Below, piece by piece: positions 9,298-16,351 of a stretch of DNA of 30,494 bases. The stretch comes from Cyanobacteria bacterium J06626_4. GTDB taxonomy: Bacteria > Cyanobacteriota > Cyanobacteriia > Phormidesmidales > Phormidesmidaceae. Position 1 is the stretch's first letter. Each line of letters opens with the position of its first letter. Under the pieces are notes generated by a model. The model searched no databases, was not told where the DNA came from, and saw nothing but the letters and a program-made list of their open reading frames with translations. Made by a program: the position numbers and the translations under genes. Location of the stretch: positions 1 through 30,494 of the forward strand of contig JBCBJQ010000070.1 of assembly GCA_038523235.1 (NCBI GenBank), written 5' to 3'.

Positions 9298-10665
9298 CTA
9301 CCTTCCTTTATCTCCGACTTCGACAATTTGCGCGTTCAAGGCCTTGGCCACCACCGGGTCGTGACTCGTGAGTAAGAGCGTGCCCTCTGACTGCGTAAAC
9401 GTTTGCAGTAAATTCAGCATGAGCTGTAGAGATTGAGTATCCTGACCAACGGTGATCTCATCTAAAAGGCATAGCTTCGGCTGCCTGGCGAGAACAGCTC
9501 CCAGAGCGAGGCGACGCTTTTGACCCTGAGACAGAGACTGGGGATGTTGCTCGGCGCGGTCCTTGAGATTGAGTTGAGCCAAGATGCCATCCGCCATTGA
9601 GGCAGAGATGCCGGGCTGTTGCACTTCTTGCTGCACAGTGTCGGCAAAGAGTTGATGGTTCGGGTTTTGGAGGACGAAGCCGACGATTTGAGCAAGTTCA
9701 ACAATACGCTTTCTGGCAATTGGGTATCCGAGTAAGTCAATACTGCCGATGGTGGGCTGCACCAAGCCGCTGATCATCCGTAGGAGGGTGGTTTTGCCGC
9801 TGCCGTTGTCGCCTTTGAGTAGGACGGTTTCGCCAGGGTAGAGGGTGAGATCGGGGTAGGGGGGATAGGGGTTGAGGGTGAGGGAGTGAGTTTGGAGGAG
9901 GGATGGGGTGGATGGGGAGATAGGGAGATGGGGGGATGGGGAGATGGGGAGTTGAGAGATAGGGAGTGGGGGAGCGGTTAGGGTGGGTGGGCCGGGGTGG
10001 AGGTGGGTTTGGTGGATGTGGAGGGTGCGATCGCAAATTGTCTGCACCAGATCCAGGCGATGTTCGACGATGAGGATGGCTTGACCTTGAGCAGCTCGCT
10101 GTTTGAGGAGCTGTAATAGGCGATGGGCGGTCGTTAAATCTAAGTAGGCAAAGGGTTCGTCGAGGAGCAAGACGGGCTGGTTCATGGCTAGGACGCAGGC
10201 GATGATCAGCCGCTGTTTCTGCCCGGCAGAGAGACGGACGATAGCCCAGTCTTGTTGGGCTTGCAGATCAAATTCTTGCAGAATCGCCTGGGTCAGTGGC
10301 TGGATGCGCTGGGTAGGGGTGGCGAGGTTTTCCAGGCCAAAGACGACTTCGTCGGCAACCGTATCGGTAAAAATTTGGGTCTCGACATTTTGCAGCAGGG
10401 TGCCGATTTGGTAGGAACGCTGGCAGACGCTCCAGGTTTCGATATCCTCGCCCTGGCAGCGGAGCGTGCCCGTGAGGGCACCGCCGATATGGGCAGGAGC
10501 GATACCCGCAATACAGTTGAGCAGGGTGCTTTTGCCGCTGCCAGTAGCGCCTGCCACTAACACGATTTCGCCAGGATGCAGGGCTAGGTCGATATTGTTC
10601 AGCACGGGCTGGGTGGCATTGGCGTAGGTAAAGCTAAGGTTGGCAATCTGAATTATGGGTTCCAT
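9298..10665 (-). CDS. ECF transporter ATPase, fused double ABC domain (EcfA-A')
   Basis: Two Walker A motifs (GATGSGKST, GDNGSGKTT); Q-loops LQNVETQIFTDTV and LQNPNHQLFADTV typical of CbiO/EcfA; signatures LSAGQKQR and LSQGQKRR. ATG 10665 overlaps the ecfT stop. Confidence 0.92.
   Translation of the reverse strand: MEPIIQIANLSFTYANATQPVLNNIDLALHPGEIVLVAGATGSGKSTLLNCIAGIAPAHIGGALTGTLRCQGEDIETWSVCQRSYQIGTLLQNVETQIFTDTVADEVVFGLENLATPTQRIQPLTQAILQEFDLQAQQDWAIVRLSAGQKQRLIIACVLAMNQPVLLLDEPFAYLDLTTAHRLLQLLKQRAAQGQAILIVEHRLDLVQTICDRTLHIHQTHLHPGPPTLTAPPLPISQLPISPSPHLPISPSTPSLLQTHSLTLNPYPPYPDLTLYPGETVLLKGDNGSGKTTLLRMISGLVQPTIGSIDLLGYPIARKRIVELAQIVGFVLQNPNHQLFADTVQQEVQQPGISASMADGILAQLNLKDRAEQHPQSLSQGQKRRLALGAVLARQPKLCLLDEITVGQDTQSLQLMLNLLQTFTQSEGTLLLTSHDPVVAKALNAQIVEVGDKGR
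9906..9968 (+). repeat. Degenerate tandem octamer repeat (GGGGAGAT) x ~7 in the ATPase interdomain linker
   Basis: Units gggtggat ggggagat agggagat ggggggat ggggagat ggggagt tgagagat agggagtg; encodes roughly PLPISQLPISPSPHLPISPST on the minus strand. Confidence 0.8.
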
Positions 10666-11348
10666 TGCAAATACCCGACGGCCCCAAATACTGCGATCGC
10701 CGCGATCGCCACTGCCGTATCCAATCTTTGCCACTGTAGTGGTTGGCCCATACTGCGCCGAGCGCTAGGGTCATAGCTGCGGGTTTCTAACCCAATCGTG
10801 ACCTCATCGGCATAGCTGACGATGCGAAAAATCAGCGGCACAAACAGCCCCGAAAACCATTGTCCAGGTCGGCGGCTGAGATCAACTCCCCGCAGTTGGT
10901 TGGCTTCAATAATGCGCTGGGCTTCCTGCTGCACCACAGGCAAAAATCGCCACACCAGCGTCAGGCTCAGAACCAAAAAGGAAGGCAATTTTACCGCCTG
11001 TAGAGCACGCGTTAATTCTGCTGGAGAAGTGGTTAAGGAAAAGATTGGGCCGGGTAGTAAAATCGCTAGCAGCCGCAGGGAATTCAACATCGCAGAGGGC
11101 CAGTCCCGCAGTAGCCAGGTTAACGTGGTGAAGAGGAGGAGGGCGATCGCCCCTGCCAGCCAGATGCGCCACGACATTCTCACTGTCAACAGCAGCACCA
11201 GCAGCACCCCCACCAGCAGCCCCGCCGCTGCCAAATCTTGCAGGGCAAACGCGACACCGACCGCTACGATACTCAAGGCAATCTTCAACAGCGGATTGAC
11301 TCGCCACAGCCAGCCCTGCCTTAAAGTGTCAACCCGGTTAGCCAGCAT
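10653..11348 (-). CDS. ecfT: ECF transporter transmembrane T component (EcfT/CbiQ family)
   Basis: WRVNPLLK, TTSPAELTRAL, WRFLP; the two conserved Arg motifs EANQLRG and GLETRSY. Confidence 0.92.
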   Translation of the reverse strand: MLANRVDTLRQGWLWRVNPLLKIALSIVAVGVAFALQDLAAAGLLVGVLLVLLLTVRMSWRIWLAGAIALLLFTTLTWLLRDWPSAMLNSLRLLAILLPGPIFSLTTSPAELTRALQAVKLPSFLVLSLTLVWRFLPVVQQEAQRIIEANQLRGVDLSRRPGQWFSGLFVPLIFRIVSYADEVTIGLETRSYDPSARRSMGQPLQWQRLDTAVAIAAIAVFGAVGYLQWNP

Positions 11349-11892
11349 TCAGCTTGCCTGCCCGCTGCAATTGCTTAACGACGCGCTCTCCTAACCACCA
11401 GCCGATCGCCCCGGCAACGCCAGAAACCAGTGTCATCAATAGGAGTATCCAGAGCTGACCCACCCAAGCGGCAATCATATCGCCAGCCGCATAAGCACCC
11501 ACTAATGTCCCCGCTACGGTAGCGCTACTGAAAAACAAGACATTTCCTAGCAGGCGATTGGTCTTGCCATAGAAGCCGCCCCGAAACACCATCACCCCCT
11601 CTGTTATCAGCAGGGCAACTACCAGGAAAGCCGCAATAATCCAAGAGATGCGACTTAGAACCAACGCCAAAACCCCAATCATTAGGGCGACACTGCCCGA
11701 ACGTTGCAGTCGGGCCATCCCGAGCGTCAGAAAAATGCCCGCAAAGGGCGCCCAGACCACCGTCCGAATGCCCGGTAGCGGAATCGATAGGGTCAGCGGG
11801 ACCGTAATTACCGACGCCACCGCGATGCCAATCGTCATAAACGCAGCGAATACATAATCTCGAAGCTGCCAGGATTGAGAGGATTTTGCCAT
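11338..11892 (-). CDS. Putative ECF substrate-binding S component (MptD/Trep_Strep-like)
   Basis: 184 aa, about 6 hydrophobic segments; W-x-L-R-D N-terminus; GIFLTLGMARLQRSG resembles the MptD-type A-K-V-x-K-x-G segment from recall; overlaps ecfT by 11 nt. Confidence 0.7.
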   Translation of the reverse strand: MAKSSQSWQLRDYVFAAFMTIGIAVASVITVPLTLSIPLPGIRTVVWAPFAGIFLTLGMARLQRSGSVALMIGVLALVLSRISWIIAAFLVVALLITEGVMVFRGGFYGKTNRLLGNVLFFSSATVAGTLVGAYAAGDMIAAWVGQLWILLLMTLVSGVAGAIGWWLGERVVKQLQRAGKLNAG

Positions 11893-11907
11893 GCTTTTGC
11901 GTTCTGA

Positions 11908-14340
11908 TTACAACTCGGCATTGACCCCAAACAGCACTCTCGCGCCAGGGGCCGCGAAGTTGTTAGTGGGGTAGACGTATTGAGTATTGAATAGATTTTC
12001 GACGGTGAATGTTAGCTGCACGGGGGGAATGACTTGATAGCCTAAGGTCAGATCAAACACCACCGCCCCTTCGCTACCGGGGCCGATTTCGTTGTTTTCC
12101 AGCACCACATCCCCCTGGTCGGCATAGATGCGGGATTGAATTAGCCCTAGGAAGCGGTCATCGGCGTAGGTCAATCGCACCAACGCTGTCGTGGGAAACA
12201 CCTCTAGCTGATTCAAAGGACGCCCAGACTCGTCTTCACTGTCCACGAAGGTCAGGTTGCCCTCCAGCCTGAGACCCGGCATAAATTCATAGGCGGCGTT
12301 GAGCTGCACCCCTTGAATCAGGACGTCTTTATTGACGACCCGACTGGCAGGCGGCGGTGGCCCCGGCGGCCCTGGCGGCGGTGTAAAGGTTTCAAAGCCC
12401 TGAAAATCGCTAATGTCATTGCGGAAGTAAACCACCCCCGCCGTAAAGTCGCCGCTGGTGTAGTCCAAACCAATGTCGATATTGTTGGCTCGCTCTGGCG
12501 ATAAGTCGGCATTAGACTGCACCTGGCCCTGGGTCGGGGCAAAGAACGAGCCATCAGCAGCGTTCCCAAACAAAAACAGCAGGCTCGGCGGCCGAAATCC
12601 TTGGGCGAAGTTAGCGCGGGCCAACAGCCCATCCGTGATCTCGTAAACGGTACCCACGTTAAACGTGACAGCATTTGTCTCGTTGGACTGGTCAGCACTT
12701 TCCGCGTCAAAGAAATCAAGCCGGAGGCCGCCCGTGAGCGTCCAGTCATCCGTGACGTTGTAGACGGACTGAGCAAATAAGCCGTGAAATTCGCGGGTGG
12801 CATCAGGAGAGGTCACGTCGTTCACCAGATCCTCGAACTCGGACCGATCCTGGCTGAAGTCGTAGCCGTAGGTAAGGGTGGCATCGCCGATCGCGGTGGT
12901 GGCAATGCCCGTAATGCCGTAGCTCACCGTATCCGTCAGGTCTGAGGTGGGCACCGTGATTTCGGCGGGAAAAGGACCCGGGATGGTAAATGCCGTCAAC
13001 GTTTCAAACTGGCGGCGGCTGCGTTGATAGTAGCCTCGCACTTCTAGCTCAGTGCCGCCCGGTACGCCGTCGTTGATGTAGGCCAGTGAGTACCGATTCG
13101 TTTCCCGAAACTCGTTGCGGGCTTCGAGAAATGGGGGCGAAGGAAAGCCATTAAGATCAGCATCATCCTGACGGTAGCGATCGAGCCGCAAAATGAACCG
13201 AGATTCGTCGTTGATGTCATAGCGACCAGCCCCGTATAAGTCAAACACGGTGTATTCCGTACCGTCTGGGGGAATGATGTCGCCACTAGCATCACGAGCA
13301 TCGCCAGCCGTCCGGTAGGTCGCCCCCACAACGTAGTTTGGCCCCGAAAACTCCAGGTTGGTGTTGAACTCGGAAAAGCCACCACCGTAAGATTCGCTGG
13401 TCACCGTGAAGGGCTGATCGGGGTCGGGCGTGTTGGTAATGACGTTGACGACACCGCCAAATGAATCAGCCCCGTAGATGGAAGAGGCTGGACCTTGCAA
13501 CACCTCAATACGCTCTACCCGGAAGGGATCAACACTGCCAAAATCGGGGCCAAACTCTAAGTTGGGACGGCGCTCGCCATCGACCAGAAACCCAATCCGC
13601 TCGCCGGTAATCCCGCGAATATTCACCGAACTGCTAATCAACCCCAGCCGATTAACCGTAATCCCCGGCAGGGTTTGCAGCGCATCGGAGACGGTGCGGA
13701 TCAAAGGCCGTTGCTGCTCTAGTTCGGCCTCGGTCACCACTTGAACCGTGGCCGAGGTTTCGACCTCGGGAGTCGGGCGACGAGCCGCTGTTACGACCAG
13801 CCGTAAGCCCTCTTCTGCTGAAGGGTCTACTGAGGGGGCTACTTCAACTGCCTCTGCGTCGGTAGACGGCACATCGAGTTCGGTAGGCGGCACCTCTGGG
13901 TCAACTTCGGCAGCAGGGGGTGGCACTTCGGGAGGGGCGGCGATCGCCGCCTCGGTCACCCCCACGACAATTGCGGTCTCGCTGGTCTCCACTGCGACGG
14001 TCGGCAGTTCAGTTTCGCCGACAATCTGAATCCGGATGCTGTTGGCGTCTAGGGATTCCACCGTCACCGACTCAATGCCTTCGCCTGGTGCATCTTGCTG
14101 AAAAGCAGCCCCCTCAGCTAGCCGAGCATTTGTAATATCAATGAGGCGTGTACTGCCAAAGGTTGTTTCAAAGATTCTAGTTTGAGCCGTGGTCTCACCC
14201 GCCAGCAGGATTTGTAAACTTGCCCCAGTCTGAAGGATTTCAATGTTCGTGATCTGCGCCGTTTGTGCTTGAGCGGGCAGCGACATAACCGTGCTGCCAA
14301 CGACGGCGGCACACCCTACAAAACCCCAAATTTTTTGCAC
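11908..14340 (-). CDS. TonB-dependent receptor with AMIN domain, CirA/BtuB/heme-receptor-like class [TBDT3]
   Basis: Signal peptide AQA-Q; AMIN-like domain; TonB box LVVTAAR; plug VERIEVLQGPASSIYGADSFGGVVNVIT; QGFRPPS...SNADLSPE; VENLFNTQY. GTG start preceded by GTGTGAGGA. Confidence 0.93.
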   Translation of the reverse strand: MQKIWGFVGCAAVVGSTVMSLPAQAQTAQITNIEILQTGASLQILLAGETTAQTRIFETTFGSTRLIDITNARLAEGAAFQQDAPGEGIESVTVESLDANSIRIQIVGETELPTVAVETSETAIVVGVTEAAIAAPPEVPPPAAEVDPEVPPTELDVPSTDAEAVEVAPSVDPSAEEGLRLVVTAARRPTPEVETSATVQVVTEAELEQQRPLIRTVSDALQTLPGITVNRLGLISSSVNIRGITGERIGFLVDGERRPNLEFGPDFGSVDPFRVERIEVLQGPASSIYGADSFGGVVNVITNTPDPDQPFTVTSESYGGGFSEFNTNLEFSGPNYVVGATYRTAGDARDASGDIIPPDGTEYTVFDLYGAGRYDINDESRFILRLDRYRQDDADLNGFPSPPFLEARNEFRETNRYSLAYINDGVPGGTELEVRGYYQRSRRQFETLTAFTIPGPFPAEITVPTSDLTDTVSYGITGIATTAIGDATLTYGYDFSQDRSEFEDLVNDVTSPDATREFHGLFAQSVYNVTDDWTLTGGLRLDFFDAESADQSNETNAVTFNVGTVYEITDGLLARANFAQGFRPPSLLFLFGNAADGSFFAPTQGQVQSNADLSPERANNIDIGLDYTSGDFTAGVVYFRNDISDFQGFETFTPPPGPPGPPPPASRVVNKDVLIQGVQLNAAYEFMPGLRLEGNLTFVDSEDESGRPLNQLEVFPTTALVRLTYADDRFLGLIQSRIYADQGDVVLENNEIGPGSEGAVVFDLTLGYQVIPPVQLTFTVENLFNTQYVYPTNNFAAPGARVLFGVNAEL

Positions 14341-14802
14341 CTAAATTCCTCACACACCAACTTGCTGGCTGCTCAACTAGAACAGCTCTTCCAAAACGAA
14401 AGTAGCCACTGCAAAAATTTCAGAGCATCAATGTCAAGCCCTAAATTCTTTTTGATTAGATAGTGGTCTGATTAGACAGTGAATAGCAGTTTCTAAAATC
14501 AGACAAAACCCCAAAAATGTGGCTCTCCGGGACTAGCTGTAAAGGAGAACTCTATCGGTTTCTCTCTAAAAAACCAAGAAAAATCGTACCATCAACGTCT
14601 CTGGCTTGCTATGCCTTCGGGGGGGATAAATCGCTGCTACAAGTCCAAAATTGCCATCTCTGTAGCCACATCACCTGAAAATTGTGCGCGGTTAATTGCC
14701 AATGGTGACTTTCCTCCGAGCGGAGTCGTTGGCTTTGCCTAGGGGGATGGATGACAAGTTAACGTCCGAGAGATGATGTCAAGATGATCTTGGCAGTCCC
14801 TT

Positions 14803-15909
14803 TTAGCTAGCCAATCGCTGTACCTGCATCTGAAAGACTTTCGGATTCAGCCCCGTTTGGCGGCGAAAGGCTTTGGCAAAATGGTTGCGGCTGCTGTATC
14901 CCACGGCAGCGGCGATAGTTTCGATGGGGCGATCGGAGGTCATCAATAACCGTCGCGCCAGCCCCAAGCGGCAGTCCCGCAAGTACTTAAAAGGGGTCGT
15001 GCCATACACCTCATGAAACCCTTGATTGAGCTTGAGCCGATTAGTGCTCACCTGTCGCGCGAGGGCTTCCACGGTGGGGGGCGTGACTAGCCGGTTTCTT
15101 AAAATCGACGCGGCCTGGTAGATACTATCCAAGTCAGCGGGGGCGAGACGGGGATGGGTGATGGCTTGAATCCGCAGCTTGACCAATTCCAGAGCCTGCT
15201 TTTCCAGATATTGCCGCCGCGTTTCTCCCTGGTAAGGACAGCTGAGAATTCGCCCGATGGGGGCTTCCATCTGGGCGGTTAACGGCAAGCGATTCGCATA
15301 TTCGAGATCAATGGTTTGGGTATAGAGCGCCTCTGGCAGAATTTGCTCAAATGAGAGATCAGCATCAGCCCGGTAAGCCCCCTGGATTGCGTAGGCATTC
15401 AGACGACTCAGAATGGTCTTGAGATCTAGTCCTAAACGACCGCCGCGAAACTGCCAAAAGCACTGAATCGTGTCCTCAAAAATCTGCTGCGTTTGGTGGG
15501 GTAAACGCTCAACGCACGCTTGGGTGTAGGCCAAGATGGCATCATAGCCTTTGAAAATCACTTCAATTTCAAAAATCCGCTGGTGAGCCACGAGCGTGCC
15601 TAAAGATTTAGCCTCCGTGATGGCCATAAATCGACTCGGTTGACCGGTGCCCCCCGCCAGGGGGAATTCAAATTTAGCCCCCACGGTTGGACTATGGGGG
15701 AGAAACATCACGTCTCGATTAATCCTGTAGTCCATAATCACCAGGGTCAGATCGTCTCGCAGGGGAATGTTTTGGCGATAGCCCTGACCGACATGGGACG
15801 GATACAACAAAATTTGATCAGAGGGGTCGGCATGCCACAAGCGCGAATCGTCGGAACTGCCCCTTAACAGCCAATTTTCGTAATGTTCTACGACTAATCG
15901 CGGTGTCAT
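14803..15909 (-). CDS. AraC family (PchR-like) transcriptional regulator [AraC2], paralog of AraC1
   Basis: DSRLWHADPSDQI versus DSRLFHADPSDQI in AraC1; HTH NRLKLNQGFHEVYGTTPFKYLRDCRL. ATG 15909 gives 368 aa, matching the 369 aa of AraC1. Confidence 0.93.
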   Translation of the reverse strand: MTPRLVVEHYENWLLRGSSDDSRLWHADPSDQILLYPSHVGQGYRQNIPLRDDLTLVIMDYRINRDVMFLPHSPTVGAKFEFPLAGGTGQPSRFMAITEAKSLGTLVAHQRIFEIEVIFKGYDAILAYTQACVERLPHQTQQIFEDTIQCFWQFRGGRLGLDLKTILSRLNAYAIQGAYRADADLSFEQILPEALYTQTIDLEYANRLPLTAQMEAPIGRILSCPYQGETRRQYLEKQALELVKLRIQAITHPRLAPADLDSIYQAASILRNRLVTPPTVEALARQVSTNRLKLNQGFHEVYGTTPFKYLRDCRLGLARRLLMTSDRPIETIAAAVGYSSRNHFAKAFRRQTGLNPKVFQMQVQRLAS

Positions 15910-15918
15910 GGTGGACCG

Positions 15919-15956
15919 AATGAAGCTATCTCTCATTAATGAGAATAGATTGCATT
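15919..15956. promoter_or_regulatory. Two abutting 19-bp Fur-like boxes just upstream of araC2
   Basis: AATGAAGCTATCTCTCATT (15919-15937) and AATGAGAATAGATTGCATT (15938-15956); the junction forms the perfect palindrome TCTCATTAATGAGA (15931-15944). Confidence 0.6.
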
Positions 15957-16185
15957 GTAAGGCATGACCAGACACCCACTGCTGTGATTAATGAGACACA
16001 GAGATGATTGACAACCGAATTTAAGGGTCAAGTTGTGAGAAATCAGTAAAACCTGTAACTGAATTGCCCAAATGCCCGCTCTGTATTGCCTTGAAGCTGC
16101 TTGGCAAGAGTTCTAGTGTGTATCAGCTCAGGCGGCACGATGGGATATGCCACAGTGGTCTATCACCAGTTTGAAAATTTGCCAT

Positions 16186-16245
16186 CAGAAAAAATGCGTT
16201 AAGCGCCCAAAATCTCTAGTCCCAGATGAGAATTCATCCTAACCT
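16186..16245 (+). promoter_or_regulatory. Motif A promoter cassette upstream of TBDT4, with Fur-like box overlapping the -10
   Basis: ATGCGTT (16194-16200), 7 nt, CAAAATCTCTAG (16208-16219); TAGTCC (16217-16222), 17 nt, TAACCT (16240-16245); GATGAGAATTCATCCTAAC at 16225-16243. Confidence 0.7.
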
Positions 16246-16351
16246 GCTCTAAATCAATTAAGTTACAAGCCTCACGAGTGACTTCGGGCAGCGTTAATCC
16301 TAATGGGCTGTCGGGTTTTGCCGGGGGTGGCGGATGATCTGTGTGAGGGCG

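Noticed and set aside
9737..10036. Proline-rich 99-aa ORF
   Set aside because: Alternate-frame reading of the C-rich tract inside the ATPase gene.
10458..10480. AGCGGAGCGTGCCCGTGAGGGCA resembling the 25-nt insert at 24158
   Set aside because: It encodes ALTGTLR in an EcfA segment of apparently normal length after Walker A, with no flanking duplication; probably coincidence.
11908..14340. Calling TBDT3 a heme receptor
   Set aside because: FRAP/NPNL-like motifs are present (FRPP, NADL), but there is no His between them and such motifs also occur in non-heme receptors.
14341..14802. Cobalamin riboswitch upstream of TBDT3-ECF (would suggest btuB)
   Set aside because: No B12-box elements (GGGAA...GGTG.AA.TCC, GCCACTG...GGGAAG) found by eye on the minus strand; the GCTGTAA near 14536 is on the wrong strand. 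An Rfam scan is still needed.
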